Assembly (NCBI GenBank): GCA_041651655.1
Contig: JBAZIW010000003.1
Span: 8,917 to 72,916 of the forward strand
Direction of reading: 5' to 3'
Length of the DNA: 64,000 nucleotides
Origin: Minisyncoccota bacterium
GTDB lineage: Bacteria > Patescibacteriota > Minisyncoccia > Minisyncoccales > Minisyncoccaceae
The translations under genes were made by a program, and so were the position numbers. Below, in pieces: positions 54,031 through 62,457 of this stretch. Under the pieces are notes generated by a model. It was given only the letters and a program-made list of their open reading frames with translations. It made no database searches and was not told the origin of the DNA. Numbering within the stretch: the stretch's first letter is position 1; each line of letters begins with the position of its first letter.

Positions 54031-54149
54031 TCTCGCCTCTTCCCCTTTAAATATGTTCTGATATAAATGTCGCACAATATTGTTGCATATTTATAATTTA
54101 ATAGATATATTAAAAACAGTACATTTGTACTAGGAGGAAAACAGACACC

Positions 54150-54179
54150 ATGACGTGTACCGTTGCAGTCGTTGGCTAA
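54150..54179 (+). CDS. candidate 9-aa peptide MTCTVAVVG
   Basis: TTGCAT-N17-TATATT promoter (54083-54111). 5' palindrome AGTACATTTGTACT (54118-54131). AGGAGG at 54132-54137. Downstream hairpin plus T-run at ~54234-54252. Confidence 0.35.
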   Translation: MTCTVAVVG

Positions 54180-54320
54180 GTTGTGAAGCAGATGTGTGGG
54201 CGGACGAAACAAACAAGTTCGCCCCACTAAAATACCGCATTAGGCGGTTTTAATTTGCACTTTTTTTAATTAATGATATATTGAAAAAAGTACATTGTAC
54301 TGGGAGGGATAAGCAAAACC

Positions 54321-54347
54321 ATGTGTTGTATTGCACTCGTTTGCTGA
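54321..54347 (+). CDS. candidate 8-aa peptide MCCIALVC (paralog of 54150..54179)
   Basis: TTGCAC-N16-TATATT promoter (54255-54282). Palindrome AGTACATTGTACT (54289-54301). GGGAGG at 54302-54307. Confidence 0.35.
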   Translation: MCCIALVC

Positions 54348-54466
54348 GCACCGACACCCAATCTGCTCGTCAAGGTGTATGCCTTGATATGGTCTGAATC
54401 GGAGAAAACATTTCAATAATGTTTATCTCTTGAAACATATGCACTGCAAAAATAGGAGGAATAAGC

Positions 54467-54529
54467 ATGTCTCCATCTCCTGGATATGGGTGCCTCGTCA
54501 CCCGTTTCACAGCGATCGTCGTCCGATGA
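54467..54529 (+). CDS. candidate 20-aa peptide MSPSPGYGCLVTRFTAIVVR
   Basis: AGGAGG lies 7 nt upstream of ATG 54467. An 8-bp hairpin GGGAAGCA..TGCTTCCC lies downstream. Confidence 0.3.
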   Translation: MSPSPGYGCLVTRFTAIVVR

Positions 54530-54802
54530 TTGTTACCTGATCTAAAAAAGGACGACTTGAAAGCACTCGTACCGAATGGGAAGCACGATTTATACATCTT
54601 GCTTCCCCATGAACATCTTGCAAAAAATCAAAAAATAAGTATAATGATTTCAGTACACCAAAGGAGGTGAAGATTATTTCTTTATTTGAATTCATCGTCA
54701 TAATGCGTGAAAACGAAAAGACAAGACCGGTATAGATTATCGAATAACTCACTCTTTTTTATGGAAGATACAATCTTCCGAATCTCACAAAATTGTTCCG
54801 CT

Positions 54803-55525
54803 TTAGGCGGATTTTATTAACTTCAAAAATTCATCAGCTTTGAGAGAAGCGCCTCCGACCAAAACCCCGTCCATTTTAGCTTCAACAATATATGAATGGA
54901 CATTATTTGAATCAACGCTTCCTCCGTATAGAATCCTGATATTTTCAGCAACTTCTTTATTAAACTTCTTGATCAAGAAATCCTGAATAAAAGATTTAAT
55001 TTCTCTAATATCTGAAACTTCGGCAAACTTTCCCGTTCCGATTGCCCAAACCGGTTCGTAAGCTAAAATAATTTTCTCGGGATTAGAAATATTATTCAAA
55101 CAAACATCTAATTGTTCTGATAGGACCTCAAAAGTCTTGCCCTCTCCCCTCTCTTCCCCTTTTTCACCGATACAGAGAATCGGGGTTATTTTAGACTCTA
55201 AAACCTTAATTAATTTAGAATTGATTTCTTCGTTAGTTTCCTTGAAAATATTCCTTCTTTCCGAATGGCCCAGGATAACATATTTAACTCCCAAGTCTTC
55301 AAGCATGGAAACAGAGTTTTCTCCGGTAAAAGCTCCTTCTTTTTCAAAACAATTCTGAGCGCCGAATAGAATTCGGTCATCAATCAAAGAATTGATAAAA
55401 ACAGACGGCGGACAAATAATGACCTCTTCATCATTAACTCCGTTAATTACTTTTTCCAATAATTCTTTAGCCTCGGCAAGGCTTTTAGGATTACACTTCC
55501 AGTTGGCAACGATTAATGGTTTCAT
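54803..55525 (-). CDS. tpiA: triosephosphate isomerase
   Basis: VANWKCN, ILGHSERR, YEPVWAIGTG, GGSV...GGASL. Confidence 0.94.
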   Translation of the reverse strand: MKPLIVANWKCNPKSLAEAKELLEKVINGVNDEEVIICPPSVFINSLIDDRILFGAQNCFEKEGAFTGENSVSMLEDLGVKYVILGHSERRNIFKETNEEINSKLIKVLESKITPILCIGEKGEERGEGKTFEVLSEQLDVCLNNISNPEKIILAYEPVWAIGTGKFAEVSDIREIKSFIQDFLIKKFNKEVAENIRILYGGSVDSNNVHSYIVEAKMDGVLVGGASLKADEFLKLIKSA

Positions 55526-55531
55526 ATATTT

Positions 55532-56515
55532 TTATTTATTTTGATTTCTTAAAAATAAAGCTTGATCTTCAGGATAGATTGATAAGACTTTCATTTGTGA
55601 TTCTATCTCGAATCCGGCCAGAATCGATACTCTCGGAAAAATAGAAAAATACCAATGGAAGTATGGATATTCTTTATCCAGTGGAGCGGTATGCAGATAG
55701 AAATTATATGACGGATTATTCAATCCTTTATACATTCTTAAAAGAACTTCTTTAAATATTTCTGCCAAGCTTTCTTTTTCTTTTTCAGTAATTTCTTCAA
55801 ATCTCGAAGCATGTTTTTTGGGAGAAATAATAGTCTGATATACAAGCTTGGGAGCAAAAGGAATATAGGCGATAAAATCTTTATTCTCAAAAACAATTCT
55901 TTCTTTTAGATTCTTTTCTTCTTTATTGATTTTGCATCTAAGGCATTCATTATTTTTTTTAAAATAATCGTTGTGCTTATCCAGCATTACTTTCAAATCT
56001 TTATCAATTAACGGAGCGGTAAAAATCTGAGAATGAGGATGGGGTTGACTACTAGCAGCTTCTTTTCCGTGATTATGAATAATAACGACATTCTTCACAA
56101 AGTCGTAATTCTTGAAATCAATGATTCTTTCTTGGAAACAAGTAAAGACTTCTTTGATTTTATCTATCGGCAAAAGAGCTAAGCTTTTTTCATGATCTTT
56201 CGTAATAACCAATTCATGAAATCCTTTAGATTTAATCTTGGAATAAATATCTGTTTCTTTTTCTTTTCCGCTTTCCTGAGAAGGGATAAAAATGGGATAT
56301 TTGTTGGGAATAACAGCCGTTGTCCAATCATTGAGATCCTTGGTATCACTCTTAACTCCGTTTGAATAAACCAAAATAGGCTTTTCCTGTTTTTCAATAT
56401 TACAAAAAGGACAATCAGATGACTTGTCTTTTAATCTTTCGGCCCGGAGCGGAGAAATAATGACCCAATCGTCATTTAAAGAATCGTATCTCAATTCAGT
56501 TTCTTTTTTATCCAT
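55532..56515 (-). CDS. galT: galactose-1-phosphate uridylyltransferase-like (HIT superfamily, GalT branch)
   Basis: N-terminal CPFC zinc motif and the HxHxQ active site (QPHPHSQIF). Confidence 0.78.
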   Translation of the reverse strand: MDKKETELRYDSLNDDWVIISPLRAERLKDKSSDCPFCNIEKQEKPILVYSNGVKSDTKDLNDWTTAVIPNKYPIFIPSQESGKEKETDIYSKIKSKGFHELVITKDHEKSLALLPIDKIKEVFTCFQERIIDFKNYDFVKNVVIIHNHGKEAASSQPHPHSQIFTAPLIDKDLKVMLDKHNDYFKKNNECLRCKINKEEKNLKERIVFENKDFIAYIPFAPKLVYQTIISPKKHASRFEEITEKEKESLAEIFKEVLLRMYKGLNNPSYNFYLHTAPLDKEYPYFHWYFSIFPRVSILAGFEIESQMKVLSIYPEDQALFLRNQNK

Positions 56516-56600
56516 ACCGATATTCTATCATTTTAAATTTATTTTTACAAAAAAAAGAAGGGTACTAATTTTCTTTTATTTTAAAAGTAATTAATACCCA

Positions 56601-56855
56601 TTAATGAGAAACATCAAACTCGCCGAGAGCACCGATATTTTGTACTTCTCTGAAGAATGATGATTCACAGAGAGATGATGATCCTACAAGAATCCTGCTT
56701 CCGCCACGGGAAGTTTCTTCCGGAGGAGGCTGAATTACTTGAACAATTTTTCTGGGTATTATTATACCCCTGAATGTTAAAGGAATTGCAGTTTCTCCTT
56801 TGTGCTGTTCAGTTGTTAAGGGAGCTTTGTTTTCAGCGGTGTGTTGTGAAACCAT
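56601..56855 (-). CDS. hypothetical small protein (or non-coding transcript)
   Basis: A perfect TTGACA (56899-56894)-N17-TATAAT (56876-56871) promoter lies upstream. 84-aa ORF with no recognisable motif and higher GC. Confidence 0.35.
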   Translation of the reverse strand: MVSQHTAENKAPLTTEQHKGETAIPLTFRGIIIPRKIVQVIQPPPEETSRGGSRILVGSSSLCESSFFREVQNIGALGEFDVSH

Positions 56856-56945
56856 ATTCCACCAATTAAAATTATAATGTTTTTAAAAAAATCTGTCAAA
56901 TCGACAGATATTTTCCTTAATAATAAAAAGAGAGGGACAAATAGC

Positions 56946-57143
56946 TTATTCGGCTATTGGTAAACCTCTCTTTTCCATGTAGAGTATGGACAGAACGTCC
57001 AATTGCAGAGAAGAAGAGCTCCTCGGCATCTCCACTTGCTCCCGAAATCCTCGGGCGCTGCTGATAGGTGCGTTCAACGACTGTTCAATTCTTTTGGAAG
57101 GAATGGTCCTCCCTGCGACTTTAATGAACCCCTCGTTCATCAT
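56946..57143 (-). CDS. hypothetical small protein (or non-coding transcript), leaderless
   Basis: TTGACA (57178-57173, inside the last codons of map)-N17-TATAAT (57155-57150), then ATG 57143 after 6 nt. A terminator-like helix AGAGAGG..CCTCTCT plus T-run spans its stop. Confidence 0.35.
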   Translation of the reverse strand: MMNEGFIKVAGRTIPSKRIEQSLNAPISSARGFREQVEMPRSSSSLQLDVLSILYMEKRGLPIAE

Positions 57144-57166
57144 GTCTATATTATAAAACACGTTTT

Positions 57167-57967
57167 TTATTCTGTCAATACCCTAACTCCGTCTTTGGTA
57201 ATTGCCACCATGTCTTCAAAGTGGGCCGACAAAGAACTGTCTTCGGTAATATATGCCATTCCCCTTTTTTTAATATCGTAATCTCCCATGGAAAGCATTG
57301 GTTCAATACAGAAGACCATTCCCTCTTTCATTACCTCTCCCCAGCTTTTTTTCCCGTAATTTAAAACATCTGGATCTTCATGTAGTTCCGCCCCGATTCC
57401 GTGGCCGCATAAATTCCTAATTGAACTAAATCCCTGCTGTTCGCTAAACTTGCAAATAGCCTCACCCAATTCACCAAATGTGTTTCCGGCCTTAACCTTG
57501 GAAATACCCCTCTTTAAAGCCTTTTTGGTGGCTTTAACGAGTCTTTGGACTTCTGGGTCAGCCTCTCCAACCAGGTAGGTTCTGGCCATATCAGTATGGA
57601 ATCCTTTCTTTAAGTTGGGATATTTAGTTTCATCGATTTCTGCTACAAATTTATTCAAATGAAAAAAGATGCCTAAATCCAAAGTAACGATGTCTCCATT
57701 TTTTAAAACCCTCTTATCCGGAATTCCGTGAACGATTTCTTCGTTAATAGAAAAACAGAGACAAGACGGAAATCCGTCCTGTCCTTTAAAACTAAATTCT
57801 CCGTCATTTTCTGTAATCATCTTCTCAGCCATTTTTTCCAATTCTGTTCCCGAAACTCCAACGGCAATATGGCTCCCCAATTCATCAATAATTGATTTCA
57901 ATATCTTCCCTCCTTTCGCCATCACTTCTATTTCTTCTTTTGTTTTAATTGTTATCATCTTTTTCAA
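57167..57967 (-). CDS. map: type I methionine aminopeptidase
   Basis: Metal ligands in the contexts DIVTLDLG, HGIG, FCIEP and the AHFEDM region. The start could instead be the in-frame ATG at 57958. Confidence 0.94.
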   Translation of the reverse strand: MKKMITIKTKEEIEVMAKGGKILKSIIDELGSHIAVGVSGTELEKMAEKMITENDGEFSFKGQDGFPSCLCFSINEEIVHGIPDKRVLKNGDIVTLDLGIFFHLNKFVAEIDETKYPNLKKGFHTDMARTYLVGEADPEVQRLVKATKKALKRGISKVKAGNTFGELGEAICKFSEQQGFSSIRNLCGHGIGAELHEDPDVLNYGKKSWGEVMKEGMVFCIEPMLSMGDYDIKKRGMAYITEDSSLSAHFEDMVAITKDGVRVLTE

Positions 57968-58625
57968 TTTCTTTCATAATGTCGTTAAAAACATTTTCAA
58001 TTGATTGTTCACCGTTAATCTTTATCAATCTTCCGGCTGATTCATAATAATTGATTGTTTCTCCGACTTCTTCTCTGAACCATTCCAATCTTTTTTGAGT
58101 TCCTTCGACTGTATCTTCCGGTCTGATGATTAATTTTTCTCCGCATTCCGGACAAACGTCTAAATCATTTGAATCGGAAATGATAAAGATCTTTCCGCAC
58201 TTCGGACAAATCTTTCTTTTGGCAATTCGATTGATCGCTTCTTCGTCAGAAATATCAATCAATAAAATCTTCACCCTCGAATCCCATTCGAACCAACCCA
58301 AAGCGTCATCCATTAATTGTGCCTCCAGTATTTTTCTGGGAGAACCGTCAAGAATAATTCCTTTGAATTCATCTCCTTTGTTTTTAAATTCATCGAACTT
58401 TTCCATCCATAGTTTAAAAACTACTGGTGGTGGAACAATTCCTCCATTGTCGATAACAGCCGAAATCTTATTAGCTGAAAAATCTCCTGCTTTCTTCCTT
58501 TCTCTTAATAATGCTCCGGTGCCCAAGAAATCCAATCCCAGTTTATCTTTCAAAAGATCGACCTGGGTTCCCTTTCCCGATCCGGACTTACCTAATAATA
58601 TTAAGATTAAAGGAGACTTTTCCAT
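57945..58625 (-). CDS. adk: adenylate kinase (zinc-lid form)
   Basis: P-loop LLGKSGSGKGTQ and lid CPKCG...CPECG. Start is set at ATG 58625 (MEKSPLILILLG). Confidence 0.93.
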   Translation of the reverse strand: MEKSPLILILLGKSGSGKGTQVDLLKDKLGLDFLGTGALLRERKKAGDFSANKISAVIDNGGIVPPPVVFKLWMEKFDEFKNKGDEFKGIILDGSPRKILEAQLMDDALGWFEWDSRVKILLIDISDEEAINRIAKRKICPKCGKIFIISDSNDLDVCPECGEKLIIRPEDTVEGTQKRLEWFREEVGETINYYESAGRLIKINGEQSIENVFNDIMKEIEKDDNN

Positions 58626-58718
58626 ATGTTTTCTTTTATGCTTATGTTTTATTATAAAATACAAAACAAAAAAATAGAAGACTGGTTTATCCCCAATCTT
58701 CTATTTCTTTAAATTTAC

Positions 58719-59963
58719 CTATGAATCATATTCTCTCATTTCTAACTGAGAATTGATTTGTTTCATTGTATCCAAGGCTACCGAAACGATAATGATTAGA
58801 GCAGTTCCTCCGATCATAAAGCTGAATTGCTGAACTCCGGTCGCACCCTGAATAATTGATGGCATAACAGCGATTAATCCCAAGCTGGTTGCACCGACTA
58901 CCAAAACTCTTGATAAAATTGCTTGCAAGAATTGAGCAGTGTTTTCTCCTGGTCTAATGCCTGGGATGAATCCTCCCATTTTCTGTAAATTAGTAGAAAT
59001 ACTTTTAGGGTCAAAAGTAACGGCAGTGTAGAAAAATGTAAAAATAAAGACTAAGACGAAATAGATTATTCCGTAAATCCAAGCATTATTTAACGCATCG
59101 GTTATAAAGCCCCAATTAAAGAATGAAGCCAACATTGATGGAATCATCAAAATGGAAATGGCGAAGATGACGGGAATAACTCCGGCCGGGTTAATATTCA
59201 AAGGTAAATAAGTTGAAGCACCGCCGTACATCTTGTTGCCTCTCACTCTCTTGGCATAAGATACGGGAATATTTCTTCTTCCCTCATTAATTAGAACCAC
59301 ACCGGCGATAATAGCCACTGATAATATTAAAAATAGAATGTATGAAAAGATCTGACTCTGGTCAAAAGTTAAAAACATCTTTTGAACGTTGTTTGGGAAA
59401 TCAGCGACGATACCGGCAAAAATCAATAATGATACTCCGTTTCCAATTCCTTTTTCAGAGATTAACTCTCCCAACCACATCAAAATAGTTGAAGCAGCGG
59501 TAATCGCCGCTACGGCCGCAATAATAGTTACTGGGTCCAAAGCTCCGATTACTCCCTGAGCTTTCAAGTAGAACAACATAGCATAACCCTGAATCATCGC
59601 CAAAGGAATACCGGCAATTCTGCAGTATTGATTGAATTTCTGTCTTCCAGCTTCTCCTTCTTCTTTATACAACTTTTCCATTTGAGGAAAAATCATAGTT
59701 AAAAGTTGGAAAACGATGACGGCGGTGATGTAAGGTCCAAGGCCAAGCATGACAATCGATACTTTGTCCAATGCTCCTCCAGTAAACAAGTTCATCATTC
59801 CGAAGAATTGATTGCCAGCAAAGAATTGCTGAATTCTGGCCACATCGATTCCCGGAACGGGAATATTAGCCATTAATCTAAAAGTAGCAAAAACTCCTAA
59901 AACAAAAAGTATCTTATATCTTAAGTCTTTTGCCTTAAAAATTTCTGTAATCTTTTTGAACAT
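58719..59963 (-). CDS. secY: preprotein translocase subunit SecY
   Basis: 10-TM layout. LGLGPYITAVIVFQLL and GIGNGVSLLIFAGI are typical SecY. Confidence 0.96.
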   Translation of the reverse strand: MFKKITEIFKAKDLRYKILFVLGVFATFRLMANIPVPGIDVARIQQFFAGNQFFGMMNLFTGGALDKVSIVMLGLGPYITAVIVFQLLTMIFPQMEKLYKEEGEAGRQKFNQYCRIAGIPLAMIQGYAMLFYLKAQGVIGALDPVTIIAAVAAITAASTILMWLGELISEKGIGNGVSLLIFAGIVADFPNNVQKMFLTFDQSQIFSYILFLILSVAIIAGVVLINEGRRNIPVSYAKRVRGNKMYGGASTYLPLNINPAGVIPVIFAISILMIPSMLASFFNWGFITDALNNAWIYGIIYFVLVFIFTFFYTAVTFDPKSISTNLQKMGGFIPGIRPGENTAQFLQAILSRVLVVGATSLGLIAVMPSIIQGATGVQQFSFMIGGTALIIIVSVALDTMKQINSQLEMREYDS

Positions 59964-59968
59964 AGTTT

Positions 59969-60454
59969 TTACTTTTTAGTTTTTGCTTTAGAAACTCCTT
60001 TCTTTTCAACTTCTTTTACCGATTTAGTTTTAACCGTTCCTCCGGCTTTTTCTATTTTTTCCTGGACAGTCTTTGAAACCAAGCAACCTTCAATAGTTAA
60101 AGCTTTCTTAATTTCTCCTGTTCCTAAAATTTTAATTGTTGGAAGTTTTCCATCAACTTTTCTGATAATCCTTTTAGCAACCAATGATTCGGGATTAACA
60201 AGAGCGTTTGTTTCAAATGCTTTTTCTAAAACATCCAAATTAACTGCTGAAACTTCGGTTTGAGTATTGAAATTATATCCTCTTAGCTTAGGATATCTTT
60301 TGATCCAACCACGGATAATCGGTTTGAACTTTGCACCGGCTCTTCCCTTCTGTCCTTTTCCTCCGCCGCCGCAATATGTTCCTTTCTTTCCTCCGCGACC
60401 AACCCTCTTCTTTCTCTTAGTGGTTGTATTCTTTTTTAATTCGTGTAATTGCAT
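59969..60454 (-). CDS. rplO: 50S ribosomal protein L15
   Basis: MQLHELKK...KRVGRGGKKGTYCGGGGKGQKGR. Confidence 0.93.
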   Translation of the reverse strand: MQLHELKKNTTTKRKKRVGRGGKKGTYCGGGGKGQKGRAGAKFKPIIRGWIKRYPKLRGYNFNTQTEVSAVNLDVLEKAFETNALVNPESLVAKRIIRKVDGKLPTIKILGTGEIKKALTIEGCLVSKTVQEKIEKAGGTVKTKSVKEVEKKGVSKAKTKK

Positions 60455-60455
60455 A

Positions 60456-60935
60456 TTATTTCTTCGTCAATTTAGCCAAAGCTTGCATTGTCGCTTGTGC
60501 ATTGTTTAATTTATTTCTTGTTCTAGATAATGTCTTAGAAGAAATATCCTGAATTCCGGCTAAAGAACAAATAATTCTCACTGTTCCTCCGGCCACCAAA
60601 CCTTTACCTTTCTTTTGTGGTTTTAGTATAACGCGAGAAGGACCGAACTTAGCTTCAACTTCAAAAGGAATTGTTCCTTCAGTTGTCGGAATGTCTTTCA
60701 AATTCTTTTTAGCAACTCTGGTTGCTTTTTCAATGGCTTGAGAAACATCCAAACCTTTGGCAGCACCGATACCAACTTTGCCCATCTTGTTTCCGGCAAC
60801 GATAACGGCTCTGAATCTCATCGTCTTTCCTCCTCCGGTTACCTTAGTAACTCTGGCCAAGTCTAAAAGCTTGGATTCAAATTCATCCTTTACTTCGTTC
60901 TTCTTATCAAATTTTGTGTTTCTTTCTCTTTTCAT
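60456..60935 (-). CDS. rpsE: 30S ribosomal protein S5
   Basis: RVTKVTGGGKTMRFRAVIVAGN..GKVGIGAAKG...LVAGGTVR. Confidence 0.95.
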   Translation of the reverse strand: MKRERNTKFDKKNEVKDEFESKLLDLARVTKVTGGGKTMRFRAVIVAGNKMGKVGIGAAKGLDVSQAIEKATRVAKKNLKDIPTTEGTIPFEVEAKFGPSRVILKPQKKGKGLVAGGTVRIICSLAGIQDISSKTLSRTRNKLNNAQATMQALAKLTKK

Positions 60936-60941
60936 ATTTAA

Positions 60942-61295
60942 TTAGAATTTTAATCCGCCTTCTCTTGCACCTTCGGCTAAGGCCTTAACACGACCGTGAT
61001 ACTTATATCCTCCACGATCAAAAATCACTTCAGTTATCTTTTTCTCAACTGCCTTCTTGGCAATTTCCAAACCAATCTTCTTTGAAGAATCAGATTTCTT
61101 GTCTTTACCTTTAGTGGTTGAATCGTTTACAGCCAAAAGAGTCTTGCCGGTAGCATCGTCAATCAATTGAGCATAAATATGCTGGTTCGAACGGAAAACG
61201 CAAAGTCTTGGCTTACTAGCAGTACCATCAGCCTTTGCTCTTACCCTCTTGTGCCTTATTATTCTTTTTGCTTTTTTTTCTAACATGTATTTCAA
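60942..61295 (-). CDS. rplR: 50S ribosomal protein L18
   Basis: RHKRVRAK...[19 protein letters not shown]...[26 protein letters not shown]. The start may be the ATG at 61286. Confidence 0.93.
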   Translation of the reverse strand: MKYMLEKKAKRIIRHKRVRAKADGTASKPRLCVFRSNQHIYAQLIDDATGKTLLAVNDSTTKGKDKKSDSSKKIGLEIAKKAVEKKITEVIFDRGGYKYHGRVKALAEGAREGGLKF

Positions 61296-61300
61296 ATATA

Positions 61301-61843
61301 TTATGCACCTGCAGCTGCCTTCTTGCCAAGCTTTCTCTTAATAATTTCTGTATCGTATTTAATACCTTTTCCTTTGTACGGTTCTGGTGGCTTAACCTTT
61401 CTAATGGTGGCAGAAGTCTGTCCGACTAATGCTTTGTCTATTCCGGAAACGGTGATAACGTTCTTTTCTACCTTAAATTCAATTCCAGTAGGAGCTTCAA
61501 TATCCACTGTGTGACTTAAACCGACATCTAAAACCAACTTCTTGCCTTCGGTTCTAGCTTTAAAACCGACTCCGTTGATCTCCAATTTCTTTTCAAATCC
61601 TTTAGTGACTCCGTCAATCATGTTTGAAACCAAAGTTCTAGTTAAACCCCAAAGAGCGTTAGATTTCAAATCCAATTTCTTAGGAGTAAAATGAATTGCA
61701 TTCTCTTTTATTTCGATTGCAATCGCATCAACAGCTTTCATTGATAAAGAACCTTTAGGTCCTTTAACCTCGATATCTGTTCCGTTGATCTTTACTTCAA
61801 CTCCGGCTGGTATTAAAATTTCTTTTTTTCCTATTCTTGACAT
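61301..61843 (-). CDS. rplF: 50S ribosomal protein L6
   Basis: [36 protein letters not shown] 61843 lies 1 nt after the rpsH stop. Confidence 0.95.
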   Translation of the reverse strand: MSRIGKKEILIPAGVEVKINGTDIEVKGPKGSLSMKAVDAIAIEIKENAIHFTPKKLDLKSNALWGLTRTLVSNMIDGVTKGFEKKLEINGVGFKARTEGKKLVLDVGLSHTVDIEAPTGIEFKVEKNVITVSGIDKALVGQTSATIRKVKPPEPYKGKGIKYDTEIIKRKLGKKAAAGA

Positions 61844-61844
61844 A

Positions 61845-62237
61845 TTACCAAATTTCACAAATTATTTCTCCTCCGATCTTCGCCTTTCTCGCTTCTTTAT
61901 TAGTCATTATTCCTTTCGATGTGCTGATTAATGAAATTCCGTGTCCTGATTTAACCGGCTTCAACTCATTGTGAGTTGAATAGATTCTCTGTCCTTGTTT
62001 AGAAATCTTCTTAATCTTTGTGATAACAGACTTTCCTTCTGGATCGTATTTAAAATCAACAACAATCTTTCTCTTTGACAATCTTCCTTTCTTATCAATA
62101 CCCTCAATCAAGCCTTCTTTCTTTAAAACCTCAAGAATTGCATACTTGTAATCCGAGTATGGATAAAGAGCTATCTGTTTCTTTTCGACAGCTAAGGCGT
62201 TATTTATTGAACTGATCATGTCTGCTATTGGGTCCAT
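61845..62237 (-). CDS. rpsH: 30S ribosomal protein S8
   Basis: DPIADMISSINNA...ILEVLKKEGLI...GGEIICEIW. Confidence 0.95.
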   Translation of the reverse strand: MDPIADMISSINNALAVEKKQIALYPYSDYKYAILEVLKKEGLIEGIDKKGRLSKRKIVVDFKYDPEGKSVITKIKKISKQGQRIYSTHNELKPVKSGHGISLISTSKGIMTNKEARKAKIGGEIICEIW

Positions 62238-62252
62238 TTTCGTTATATATAA

Positions 62253-62438
62253 TTACCAACTACTTTTCTTAACTCCGGGCAACTCTCCTTTGTTCGCCAT
62301 TTCTCTGAAGCAAATTCTGCATAGGCCGAACTTTCTGATGTAACCATGTTTTCTTCCACACTTAAAACATCTTCTTACTATTCTTGAAGAAAATTTCGGT
62401 GTCTTTGCTGATTTTGCTATTTGTGATGTTTTTGCCAT
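62253..62438 (-). CDS. rpsN: 30S ribosomal protein S14, zinc-binding type Z (61 aa)
   Basis: [23 protein letters not shown]...W. Confidence 0.94.
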   Translation of the reverse strand: MAKTSQIAKSAKTPKFSSRIVRRCFKCGRKHGYIRKFGLCRICFREMANKGELPGVKKSSW

Positions 62439-62457
62439 AATTTAACACTTTTTGACT

